Shown in pieces: positions 1-12,300 of a DNA stretch of 64,000 bases. The notes under the pieces are model-generated. The model did no database searches and was not told the DNA's origin. It saw nothing but the letters and a program-made list of their open reading frames with translations. The translations under genes were made by a program, and so were the position numbers. Numbering within the stretch: the first letter of the stretch is position 1; each line of letters opens with the position of its first letter. The DNA is from Ginglymostoma cirratum (taxonomy: Eukaryota). The stretch is taken from assembly GCA_024137785.1 (NCBI GenBank), contig JAHRHZ010000093.1:3690233-3754232 (forward strand), read 5' to 3'.

Positions 1-632
1 CAGAACGAATCCTACTTGCTCGCTCACATTGTTCTGGAGAAGGAGAAAAACAAAATAAGCAAGTTCAGAGCTAAAATTCAATTGGAAAACAGCACCAGAA
101 TCCTGGGTGAGGGAGAAGAAAATGGAAATAAAATATTCATCGATACAGTGAAAGCATCACTTCCAGAGACAACAGGGCAAAAGGACGTACAATTCATAAC
201 AAGGGGCTTATGGCAGTTCTGGGGACTGGAAGAAATTTCTATAAAGGGTGGTTGAAGCCTGTACACTCCAGCTTGTGAAGAAACAGCTCAAAGCTGAAAT
301 GGATTAGTATTCAGGAAAAGGTAGTGTCAAAAAGGAGGTTTCTCATCTGAGCCTATTTTGAGAGTATCTGTCCCAAGATGCAATCAACCAGTTTCAAATG
401 CAGCTGAAGTGCTGTTATATATCACTAAGCTGGTACACACGGATCAGGTTCACTGCTCAGCCAGCACTGAGGTCGATCAGCTCTCCTGGAACTTGCCTGC
501 AGCATTCCTGAGTTAGGAGTTGGAAACTTGAATCCTGATCAAAGTGCAGAATGCTCCTTGCTGCACATGTACAGATGTCCAGTTTGGGCAAGAATAGCAT
601 CCCACAACTGCACAGCTTCCCCATGGCAAACA

Positions 633-895
633 TTCTGGCTCAAAGCAAAGAGAAAGCTGGAGGAACTCAACAGGTCTGGCAGCAACTGTGGAGAGAGAGA
701 GAGAAACACAGTTAATGTTTCCAGTCTGGTATGACTTCTACGGAATTGTTCAGAACTCTTCAGTTCTGAAGAAGTCATACCGGGCATGAAGCATTAACTC
801 TGTTTCTCCCTCTTTCTACAGATACTGCCAGACCTGGTGAGTTTCTCCAGCTTTCCCTGTGCTTGTTTCGGATCTCTTGTGTCCACGGTACTTTG
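633..895. mobile_element. Inverted pair of Penelope-like terminal-repeat fragments with degenerate hammerhead cores
   Basis: The left arm (aggtctggcagcaactgtggagag...acagttaatgtttccagtctggtatgacttc) is the reverse complement of the right arm (agttCTGAAGAagtcataccgggcatGAAGcattaactctg...tacagatactgccagacctg). Confidence 0.65.
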
Positions 896-1069
896 CTTCT
901 GCTAGCCATTCTGACTCTTTGTGAATGGGTTCATGCAAGTTCATAGAGGTTGCAGGCAGGTGGGAACATTAATGCAAACAAATCAAAGAGTACTCGAGAG
1001 AAATGAGGGAAAAGGGAAACTTGGTGGAATTTTCTTACCCACTCTAAATGTCAGCTCATCCAACTCTCA

Positions 1070-1520
1070 GCAGCTAACACCCCTGTGCCCGTTGAGCTGC
1101 ACTGGTTCCGAGATTGACAACATCCCGATTTTAAAATCTTATTGTGCTTTTCAGATCATTCACTGCACCCCTACATGCCCCTGCACCTGCCCACCCAACC
1201 CCTGTTTTAATATCTCTAAATTCACCTTTAATCTCACAAACCTCAAAGACATTTGCGCTCCTCTAATTCTGGCCTCCTGAGCATTTCAATCACTGGCAGT
1301 CATACCTGAAGCTGCCCAAATCCTACATTTTGTAACTCCTTCCTCAAGCGTTTCTGCCTCTCTACACTTTGACACTTGTAGGGGCTCTTTCAAAGCAACC
1401 ACTGTGAGAAAGTTTTCGCATCATGTATCCTCAGGCAGCTGTTAAACTGTCCTATAACATTCACATGGATGCCTTGCAATGTTTTAGTGCACTGAAGGTG
1501 TTGTACAAATACAACATGTT
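1070..1520 (+). mobile_element. Degraded L2-like LINE 3' fragment
   Basis: It contains ctctaattctggcctcctgagcat...aactccttcctcaagc...tctgcctctctac and a typical tail (gttttagtgcactgaaggtgttgtacaaatacaa). Related pieces lie near 22600-22860, 29790-30010, 54060-54470 (+) and 62090-62380 (-). Confidence 0.45.
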
Positions 1521-1764
1521 TTTGAAGGCAGCACTCCACAGGCACTGGAAATTTTCTGTTCTCTTAAATCAAATGGCCTTTCGCATTTCACAGGTCTAGA
1601 CAGTCAGTGTGTGCTGCCTGATAGGTAAGGGAGACCCAACTAGCTGCCTCCTCGAATCTCATACTGCTCACTCACACAAGCCTCCTGGGTGGGACTGGTA
1701 AGCTGTTGACTTTTCTCCGATTGCTTTCCTGCTATTAAGTGCCACTTAGGCCAGTTGTAAGAAG

Positions 1765-1912
1765 AAATAACTTGCATTTCCACGGCAGCTTTCTCAACTT
1801 CCAGGACAACCCGAAAGCCCTTCACAGTTTTATTGAAAGTGTAATCACTGTTGCATTGTGGGAATTGTGGCTGTCAATTTACACGCAGCCAGCTCCTACA
1901 GTCAACAATGTC
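1765..1912 (-). mobile_element. Deu-domain SINE (SacSINE1/AmnSINE-related) 3' fragment
   Basis: It is the reverse complement of the tail seen in the copy at 31900-32310 (tgtaggagctggctgcgtgtaaattgacagcc...caacagtgattacactttc...aaatgcaagttatttctt). Confidence 0.65.
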
Positions 1913-2754
1913 CTCCTTCTATTCTTGTGTGCAAGTCGTTTTTCGTGCCACATTGCGAGTGAGCCAAATCAGACAGGTAGTTTCACATATAAGTATTGCA
2001 TATTTTAAAACTAGCCAATTTCAAGTGGGACAAATGGGGTACAAGGCCATTAGGGATGTTCAAGGACAGTTGGAAATCCTGGTGTAGCACATGGCCCAAT
2101 TAAATTGGTGTGGACTTCAATGAGGCAGAACACGATATAACGACACAGGTCTTGCTCTGCATTTAATGCTGCACTCGCTAACGTGTTTATTTTAAAAGAC
2201 TTACCAATTTAGCTACAAACACGTATGTATTTTGTGCATGACTTGGTCGATGAAACCTTGTGTTCTGGATCAATGCAGCAGAGGTCAAGTACAGAGGCAC
2301 ACAGTTAAGGAAACTGATTGAGGATGGTCTGTGTGTTGAAAGGGACAGTCCTCACACATAAACCCCACTGTGATCCTCAATCAGCGATGCATCTATTAAT
2401 CCCATCATAAAGTAGGGCTTCCCTCTGTTCAACCAGAACAGAGACGATCCATCAACCTATCAGCAGAACGCAATTACAATTTAATATATCAGATGTTTTA
2501 AAGGTACACTCAGTTCTTCCTCTCCTGCCGAAGAAGCATCACTGTCATCATTTTTCGAATAAGATGAAGCTGCTTGTTTTTATCCAGCGTGCCTAGGTCT
2601 CTGCTGGTAACATGCTACCTCAGTCAATGAGGTATGGAAGTAAATTGAGATCATTTTGGATTTCAATTAAAATTCCAAGTTTAATAAATGTCCACAAGAC
2701 ATTTACGATATCTTAAAGTAAATCCTAAAAGTGAACATTTACCTTTTAAAGTAA

Positions 2755-3292
2755 ACTGCTGGTGACTCACTCTCACATCAAATTATAGCCCTGCTGGTGG
2801 CACACTGTCTCTCTAAAAAACTACTGTCTGCTGGTGACTCTCTCTCTCTCTCTATAAACTACTGTCTGCTGGTGACTCTCTCTCTCTCTCTCTCTCTCTC
2901 TATAAACTACTGTCTGCTGGTGGCTCTCTCTATAAAATGCAGTCTGGTGGTGACAGTCTCTCTCTCCCTATGGTGGTGACTGTATTTTATAGAGAGAGAG
3001 ACAGTCACCAGCAGACTGTATTTTTTAGAGAGACAGACCAACTGCTGGTGACTGTCTCTTTCAATAAAACACAGTCTGCTCGTGACTGTTTCTCTCAATA
3101 AAACACAGTCTGCTCGTGACAGTCTCTCCCTCTCTCTCTATAAAACACATTCTGCTGGTGACTGTCTCTTTATCTACAAAATACAATCTGCTGGTGACTA
3201 TCTCTCTCCATAAAACATAGTCTGCTGGTGACTGGCTCTCTCTCTATAAAATACAGTCTGCTGGTGACTCTGTCTCACTAAAATACAGCTTG
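2755..3292. repeat. Minisatellite with ~33-40 bp unit gtctgctggtgact(g/c)tctctctctataaaataca, including an internal inverted segment
   Basis: About 14 recognisable units. The units at ~2980-3040 are in reverse orientation (tgtattttatagagagagagacagtcaccagcagac). Confidence 0.92.
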
Positions 3293-3513
3293 CTCTTGAT
3301 TAACCGAGGGCAAGTGGTTTTCATGAAGCTTCTGTCTCAGAGCTGGGTTTTGCCCAGGAGGGATTTGGCTTCTGGATAGTTAAAGAATCCATAAGTGAAG
3401 GGAAGGGGAGAAACTGATATTTGCACTGACCTACAGTTTAACAATAAAACTGGAGTAACTCCCGGGAAGTAACCAGCTGCCTTATCCAATAAAAGCATAT
3501 CAGATGCCAAATA

Positions 3514-3527
3514 TGGTAGCAGATGAT
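3514..3527 (+). other. Primer-binding site complementary to the 3' end of initiator tRNA-Met
   Basis: TGGTAGCAGATGAT matches 13/14 positions of TGGTAGCAGAGGAT and lies immediately upstream of the gag-like region. Confidence 0.8.
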
Positions 3528-6500
3528 TAACCTTAATCCCCTCAGGTGGGGAGATAAAGAAAGCAGAAAGTAATCTCTGTTTCCGACAAAAGCAATGCTC
3601 CTGATGGATTTTTTAAAAATACAATGTCTGAGTCACTATGGATGATCATAAGTGTTTGACGATCCACCGGCGTTTCCAGGCTCATGCATTGGAAAAATGA
3701 TGTGGCGATGTGGAGCTTGGTCACTTCTGTAACCAAGAAGAAGCAAGGTATGTCTCTGGAACTGTCTTTACCAGGAAGCAGTAAAATTAGAAATCAAATA
3801 TTTTTGGCACCTAACTTAGATACTGAAGAGAGATTGACAGCTCCACTGCAATTTATAGACAAAAATTACAGAAAAGGTAATTTCTTGGAAGCTTATGGTC
3901 AATATTTGATACATTTAAAAGATGGACAGTCAGAGGTTTTGAGAGTTACATGAAAGAATAAAGAAATTCAATCCAGGAATTAGAGACTATGCTTGCATTC
4001 AAACAGTTAGACTGTGCACACGTCATGCAAATGGATAGTCTTTGGGTTTTGACAGGCGTTCAATTTTGTGGTAATGACTCTCTTTTTGAACAAATGATGT
4101 CGTTGTAGAAAGATTTCAGTGATACAGTCATTTCCAGCTACCTCCATAAAACATGGTGGGAATTCTGCGGCGATATATGAAATAGAGGAATCCGCGATTC
4201 CTGACCCTCAAAATTGAAGAGAATCTGGTCATAGATGGCTGTACAGAGAAGGAACTTTTCAGAAAGAGGTTTTAAAGTAGATCACACCTTGAACAGATTT
4301 CTAAATCAAAGGAAAATGCAAGAATTTGGTGATAGCCGGCAAAGAATGAATTCCAGAAATTCACTGGGAATAATTAATAGTTGTTCCCAGTTTGATTTTA
4401 AATATCACTATGTCATGAATTGTCCAAGAATCAAGTGTCAAGTATCTCAGAAACCTCATGGCAGAGGTAATTCAGATGATGAATATGATAAAGATGAACA
4501 GCAAGAAAATATTACATAAGAAACTGAAGACTTCTCTCAGTCCACTGGGTGTCCTAGCTGCCAATTGTGTCAATTGTGCTGTATCAGGTATTGGGAACGA
4601 TTAACTAAACTGTCGCTGAGGAAAGCCTGGACAAAGCAGATTAAGAATAGAGGCAAAGGATATTGAAGTATTCCCTCCTTTCGATCTATGGTTGTTAATA
4701 TGTTGTTGTCTTTAAGGAGAGCGGTCCTCCCATCTGAAATTGGAGGCCTCCCTCACCCTATCAACACTGATGTGGTTCAAAGTGATGTACTGAGTAGGCC
4801 CTTGATTGAAAAAGATACATTAAATTAATGCATTCAAGAGGGGCATTGGATATTTAAATAGAAACAATGTACAAGAGTTATGGGGTAAAGGCAGGTGAAT
4901 GTTTGTTGGAGTCACAGTATTCATTTGAGACTGGTGTGTTCATGATGGCCAAAAGGTGCTGTTTCAATTCTGTGATCTGAAATCTGTTGTTGAGACTGAG
5001 GCCTAGTTGGCAATTGACATCTATGGCTTGACACACAGTTGGGACTGAGGCCTAATTAGCAGTTGGGACTGAGGCCTAGTTGGCAGTTGAAACCTGGGCC
5101 TGACAGGATGTTGAGGGAAGCTTGTGGTCTTTCTTTCTCAGTCTCCATGGGAAGCTTTCCAGATAATTTACCCAAAGAGTCTAACCTCTGCTTCATGCAT
5201 CTCACAACTCGCCTTCAGATCACATCACGCCTGGCTGACACCTGTAACCAGCGATGAGAGGTGAACTGATGAGCAGCCATCAGTGGGTACATAATAAACA
5301 TGAAGAATGACAAAGTACCTGTCTTTGCTAAAGCAATAAACTTGAAATTCCTGGGATCCAGGCATTGTTGTGTTCCTTTGAGGAAACTAGGAGTTTCCGT
5401 GTCAAGAAGTTCAAGAAATGTTATTGAATTCTGCAGGAAAGAGTCTGGTTGATAACATATAAACATGAGAGGTACTAAATATTGAAAGACTGAACTGCAA
5501 CTGATAGTGTGTGTTCCCTTGACCTCACAATGTAATAAAGTAGCAGGCATGGATCTGCAGACACGAGACAAGGATTGGAATATTTATCTGATACATTTTG
5601 TAGATATGATGACCAGGTTCATTGTGATAAACAACAAAGGCAGACAGGCAACAGCGGATAAAGTCATGGAAAAATACATTGGCTCAGGCATTGGGTCAAA
5701 AACAAGATTCTTCACTGCTAACGGAGGTGAATTTGTGCATTACAAGTTCAGCAATGTGTGTGACAATCCTACATTTTTATAGAATGCACACCGCAGCAAT
5801 AATTGATTAAACATTGCATGAAAAACTGGGAGAACAGTTGAACTGTAAGTTACAAACAGCATTGGCATGGATAGGACATGCAAAAAATTCCTTAACATGA
5901 TTGGGAGTGTATAGCTTGTGCCAATTAGTATCCAGCTGGAATCCAAAGTTGCCTCCAATACTGTAAGACTACCCTCCAGCACCAGAAGGAATAACGATTA
6001 GCTCTATTATTTCCAACCATCTAAATGTGCTACAGCTGGTAGGAAAGCATTCATCAAAGCTGAGGGGACAAAAAAATTATCAGGGAGCCTTAAGGCATTT
6101 GAGGGGAGATTTCTGTTCTCTGACATATTTTACTGGAAGACGGTAGAACATTTGGAACGATAAAAGGTAGGAAAAATCATTGGAAGTGATGGGAAAGCTT
6201 GAATAATACAATGTGGGGCATCAGGCCTAAACGGTACTTTCTTCACGAGTGTGGAGATGAATTATGAATGCTCCAACTCCGAGAACGTGGGAGGTGATGA
6301 TGATGAGGCGGCTTGGGTTCTGCCTACCTATGAATTCAATAATTTGGAGCCTATGGGGTAAAACTCAAACCATCCATTTCAATACACATACTGATTATAT
6401 AGAACATGGAAAAGTAACATCATGCAGGCATCATTTGTCTAAATTAGGCTATCGATGGTGTATTGACCAGAGGAGTCAGACAAGTGAATGTTCCCCATGA

Positions 6501-6861
6501 TAGCGGGACATGCAGGGGTGTCTACAGAAAGGTATAATAACTGGCTAAATGTCTAAATGAGGGACAGGAGGTGGGGATCACAGATTGGCAGCAAAGTGGA
6601 GAAATGGAAAACGCATTGTTTCGTAAATACATACTGGGTGGTAAAAATCATACAAAGTTGAGAGGATTTCTGGCAGAGATTTTGACAGTAGCTCACACCA
6701 ATCTCAACACGGCAAGGTGACAATGTAGCGTGTAATGAACAGTCTTCTTGATCAAAGGTAAAAGTAGAAGTAATCCCCACGATGGAGAGTTGTTTGTGGC
6801 TGCTAACAGAATGGAAGTTAGTTTAGCCTCTTTCATCTCTCTAAGGCAGTTTCAGAAGAAT

Positions 6862-7620
6862 TAGACCATAAGACGTAGTCAATTCAACCCATCACGTCTG
6901 CCTTGTCCTTCATTTAGATCATGGTTGATCTGACAATCCGGATATTCCTTTCCTGCCCTTTGCCTATAACCCCGATTCCCTTACTGATTAAACCTCTGTG
7001 TATCTCAGCCTGGAATATACTCAATGACCCAGCTTCAATAACCTGCCATGGTAAAGTATTCTACAGATTCTCTACCATTAGAGAAAAAATTTCTCCTCAT
7101 CTCTGTCTTAAATGTGGGACCTCCTATTTTGAGATTAGACCTTCCATTTCTAAACTCTTTCATAAGGGGTAACAATCTTTCCACATCTACCCTGTCAAAT
7201 CGCCTAAGAATCTTACATGTTTCAATAAGGTCACTTCTCATTCTTCTAAATTCTACAGAGTACATGCCCAACCTACTCAACTCCTCATAAGAAAATCCCT
7301 CCAGACCAAGGAGCAACCAAGTGAACCTTCTCTGACCTACTTGCAATGCCAGAATAGATAAAGGGAGCAAAACTGTTCACAGTATTCTAGGCATAGTCTG
7401 ACTAGTGCCTTGCCTAGGTTAAGCAAGATTTCCCAATTGTTATACTCCATTCCCTTTAAAATAAAGGCCAACTGTCCATTTGCCTTCCCTATTATTTGCT
7501 GAACTTGGATGCTAGTTTTTCAGTATTCATGCACAAGGTGCCTAGAAATCCCTCTGTGCTGTGTCTTACTGCAGTCTTTCTTCATGCCAGTAACATTCAA
7601 CTCCTCTACCAAAGTGCAAT
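6862..7620 (-). mobile_element. CR1-type LINE 3' fragment inserted in the Copia element between IN and RT
   Basis: ORF 7035-7370(-) carries GFSYEELSRLGMYSVEFRRMRSDLIETCKILR...FKTEMRRNFFS, the CR1 ORF2 C-terminus. The 3' tail is near 6865. Confidence 0.9.
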
Positions 7621-8939
7621 ATTGAGAAGTTGATGATAAAGGACATTTTGATCTGACACACAGCTGCATGTGTAAGGAAACATTCCTATCAGGTGGGATC
7701 TACAAGGTCAGGGATTGGTTGGTAGCTGCAGGCCATCTATTTCCATTACCCTCAATTCTACCACTTGTGTCATTGCAGGGGAAAATATCCCACAACTCAG
7801 AAGATAGCGAAGACCTGTGGCAGAGTGGCCTTCACTCCATCCAAAGAGAAACTCAAGGAATTGGCTGGAGAATAGAGTGACCTTTCATGTGGGGAGGCTG
7901 AGAACATCATGGACAGCAAATTGAGTGAATTTAATGGTGCATTGCTGTGTTGCTTTCTCATTAACGCCAGTGTTAACTTACTCTTACCCTTAACCAAAAT
8001 TATAGCCCTTTATTACAACAAATTCCCCTTCTCAACCCCTTATTCAGATACTACAGGTAGTCAACAAACAACTGTGAGAAAGTGGCTGACACAGACTACC
8101 CTTACCTCCTCCTGCACTGCTACCTCTGAGGAGCAAGCCAGCATACACTCTAAGGATGGACCAGCAAGGCTTTTACCCAGCGCCTCCACCAGCTCAGAGA
8201 CTTTCATCTTGATGTGTGCTTGACCTCAAATTAGGCTTGGGAGCACAATTTGGTGAGCACATCACTGGCATGTGGCTGCTGCTAGTTGAAGAAGGAGCAT
8301 GCCAGGCTGTTGACATTTAGACAATTGCCAGACGCAAGGCGCCTGCTCAGCTACAGACATGATGTGAACTCGGCTTCTCAGCCATCTTTCTTGAGCTCAG
8401 GAACACCAGCCAAGGCTTATGAGAGACAGGAGGTAAACTGGATCGAAGGGTAGAAGTAGTGCAGCCATAATCTCAGGACTGCACTGTCCTTTTTGTAACT
8501 CGCTCTGTTTCAAAACAAACTGGTCGGTGATTATATCTGGATCTCTCTGACTCTTCAAAATACATCCTGTTGTGTTATGTCTCAGAGTCGATACGAGATA
8601 TACCTTTAAGGGACATGTTCACGATATCATCACCAATTTAGGGCATGTGACCTAATTGGATAAATCCCTCAGTCTTCATCTTCCTGAGCTCTGTCTCCTT
8701 GCAGCATGACATGCTGAGGAAAGTGTATTACAGGATATCAGAATTACTTGGCATGTGCCTAGGCACAGAAATACCTGTCAGTTTGATTGACATAGGAACT
8801 GTGTTAGAAGCTCATTGAATTCTTCCAGACTCTGTGACTTACATCTCAATGATATGTCACTAGAAGCTAACAAAAGAATCACACCATATCATGATGACGG
8901 AAGATCATCAGCTCTCACGTCATATCACATCTCTCCCTC

Positions 8940-9382
8940 CAGTTTACCACTGGTGATTCTTGCTCACTTTAAAATACCAGCTTTTGCTGATTCTCTCTCT
9001 TAAAATACACCCTACTGGTGACTCTCTCAATCTCTTTATAACACAGCCTGCTGTTGGTTCGCTCTTTATAAAATACAGACTGCTGATGAAATTGTCTCTC
9101 TCTTAAAATACAGCCTTATAAGTGTCCTTCCGAATTCCATGAAAATACAACCAGCTGGTGATTCTATCTCTTTCAACTACAGTCTAATAGTATCTTCCAT
9201 TATAAAATACTACATGCTGGTTTCTCTCTCAATCCTTTTCAAATACAGACTATTTGTGGCACACTCTCTCTCTCTTTAAAACATAGCCATTTGCTGACAA
9301 TTTCTCTCTAATTCAGCCTCATGGTGACTGTCTGTATGTCTCTCCCTCTCTCTTTCAAAAACAGCCTGCTGATGACCCTCTC
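8940..9382. repeat. Diverged array of the same minisatellite as 2755-3292
   Basis: Recurrent ctg(c/g)tg(g/a)tgactctctc...aaaatacag units. Confidence 0.8.
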
Positions 9383-9384
9383 AG

Positions 9385-12300
9385 ATCACAGGTGTTAGGG
9401 GCAGAAGGAGGCCATTCAGCCCACTGTGTCTACACCAGCATTCTGGGTTCTATCTTAGTATTAACCTCCTACCTCTTCCCTGCACATTGCTTGTCTTTAT
9501 ATAATGCCCTTTTGAATGTCTCAATTGACTGTGCCTCCACCACATTTCAAAGCAACACGTTCTGGGCCCCAATTACATCTGTGTGAATAAGTTTTTTTGG
9601 CCTCATATTTGCAAATCACTTAATACCTGTGCCCTGTGTTTCTCGACTCTATTACAAACAGGAACAGTCTCTCCCAATCCACTCTGTCTAGCTTCGTTGT
9701 AGTTTTGACAATACCAATTAAATCTCACCTCACCCTTTTCCTCAAACAATCCCAACTTCTCCAATTTATCTTCCTAACTGAAGTGTTTCATCCCTGAAAA
9801 TTCTCGTAAACCTCTTTTGCACTCTATCAAATGCAATCACATCCATCCAATAATGTGGCATCCATAACTGTACACAACACTCCAACTGAGTTCTAATAAG
9901 TGTCCCAGATAAGTTCATCATAATCCATTGCTATTATGGTCTATGCCCCTGTTAATAAAGCTAAGGACACTGTATGCTTAATTAACAGCTTCCTCCACTT
10001 ATCCCGCCACCACCAATAACTTACGCACATCGAGATGCCTCCCTCCTGTCCGCCCTTTGGAATAGCACCCTTTATTTTGTGGCTGTGTTTACTGACACCA
10101 AGGAGCACGTACATTATCAATAATGTCTCATATATATATTGTTGCAATGATCTACTAATACCGATAAATGATAATATTTTAAATAAACAGTAGATTGGAC
10201 AACAGCAAAAATAAAACTGAAGGACAAAGCAGAACTTACATTTCAAATTTCAAAAATTGGTGTAATTTTGTGCATGCGTGGAAGCATTCATGATTAGAAA
10301 TAATCGCTGTGCTTTAGTTAAAAAATTAATTAGTGAGTATGATAATATTATTTGACAGCACTCACATTAATGAAGTATATCACAAAGTAAAACCTTTCTT
10401 TTAACATCTAATAATTGTCTTAATATTGTGTGCATGCGCGCAGGGTATTGCAAACAGATCCCTTATTTTCTACCGTCTTATGTTCTTTATTCCACAATGC
10501 ATCACCTCAATTCTCCACACTGAACTCCACCCGCTCCCTAGCTGCTGATTCCACAAACTTACCAGTTGAAGTTCTCCTAACAGGTTGTAATTCTCCCCAA
10601 TTTTGAATCACAAATTTTGAAATTCTCCCCTGCAGATTCCCCCACCAGGATCTAGATGATTCACAGATGCATCAGAAAAAGCAAGGGTCCCAATGCTGAC
10701 CTTTAGGGAATTTAACCACAAAACCTCCTCTGTCCCCCAAAACACCAATTAACCATTATCTTTGCTCCCCACCCCTTGTCCAGTTTTTTTCCACTCTGCA
10801 ACTGTCCCTTTTATTCTGACCTATAGCTTTGCTCACAAGTCTGTTGTGTGGTACTATAGCTAATGCATTTTGGAAGTCCGTGTACACCATATCAATACCC
10901 TCTATTACTTCTTCAAAGTACTCCAGTAAATTAGTTAGACAAGAATTTCCATTAAAGAATCTATGCCGACTTTACTGAATTAACACAATTTTTTCCATGT
11001 GGCAATTAATTCTATCCCAAATAAGTGTTTATAAAAATTTCACCACCACCAAAGTTAAACTGAACAGTCTATAATTCTGGGTTCATTTTTACAACCATTT
11101 TTTTGAACGAGAGCACAATCTTTGCAATTCTCCAGTTCTCTGGCACTCTGAAGTCCAGAAAAGACTGAAAGATAATTGTCTGTGCATCAGCAATTCCCAC
11201 TCTCACTTCTTTCAACATCCCTGGATGCCTCTCATCTTGTGCCACTACCTTCTCAACTTTAAGCACCAAGAGTTCGTCCACCTCATCAATTTTAAACTCT
11301 TCTAGTGACAAAGTTTCCTCCTCTGTCACCGTAGCCTGGGCAGTTCTGCCTCATAGGTAAAGACAGATGCAAAGTATTTAACACCTGGGCCATGCCTCCT
11401 GCCTCCATGTGTAAATCTAGCTTTTACATCCTAACCTACTTCTCCTTTTCCAACCATTGCACTGTTTATGTGGTTTTGGGAAGTTTTGAGATTTCCCTGT
11501 ATGTTAGATGCTCATTTTTTTTTATTTCCTTCCTTATTTGTTTTTTTTATCTCCTATTCTGAATTCAGATTGGTTCACAATTGTATTTTCCATCTAACTC
11601 CTGTTATAAGCATTCTTTTTCTTCCTTAACTTCTATCGTCTTTGTCTTCCAGGGATTTGTTTGTCCTACTTTTCCCTTCTGAGGGAATATATCATGATTG
11701 CGCCCAAGCCATCCCCATCGTTCACTACTTCTCCCACCGTACTCTGGTTCCAGTTTATCCAGCCCTACTCTGTTATGCCTGTTCGAAGTCAACCCTTCCT
11801 CAACTGATCATTCTGACTCTGGATTCTTCAGTGTCATTTTCCACTATCACCCTCAACCTCATGTCCCTGAAAAGTTCTCTCACTGTCACTTGATATACTT
11901 GGCCCATTGCCAAGAACCAGGTCTAGCATTGCTTCCTTTCTTGTTGGATTGGACACATTACACTGTAGGAAGTTCTCCTGAACACCAACAAGAAATGCCT
12001 GTTCCTCACTGCCCCTTACACAACCATGATCCCAGTCTATACATGGGCAGTTATAATCCCCCATTATAACTATGTTACGATGGTTACACCCCTCTGTAAT
12101 TTCCTCACAGACTTGTTCCACAGTAAGCTTCCCACTTCTTGATGGTCTATAGATTACACCAAATAATGCAATTGCATCCTTATTCTTTAGCTCCAGCCAA
12201 ATCGATTCTGTCCTCAACCCCTCTGAAACATCCTCTATCTGCAGCACTGCAGTGCTCTCCTACATTGTAACCAGGACTGTTTAATATCCATTGCAATCTC

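Larger units (their letters stand above)
3293..7730 (+). mobile_element. Decayed Ty1/Copia LTR retrotransposon, GalEa-like, interrupted by CR1 and other inserts
   Basis: LTR remnant with AATAAA, then PBS at 3514. Gag-like WKNDVAMWSLVTSVTKKKQGMSLELSLPGSSKIR (ORF 3684-3953) and MLAFKQLDCA. Degenerate zinc knuckle C-SQ-F-DFKY-H-YVMN-C (ORF 4235-4519). Protease-region INTDVVQSDV (~4760). Integrase VAGMDLQ...LIHFVDMMTRF...FFTANGGEF (ORF 5507-5782), followed by GRKAFIKAE (~6040). RT N-terminus GIYKVRDWLVAAG (~7700; compare KARLVARG). The PR-IN-RT order is that of Copia. Confidence 0.85.

Noticed and set aside
2755-3292. Regularly spaced ~35-bp repeats superficially like a CRISPR array
   Set aside because: The units are contiguous with no unique spacers, there are no cas genes, and the context is eukaryotic, so it is a minisatellite.
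8560-8830. Possible 3' LTR or RNase H end of the plus-strand Copia element
   Set aside because: I could not align it to the 5' LTR remnant (3293-3513), and the translation match was too weak to support.
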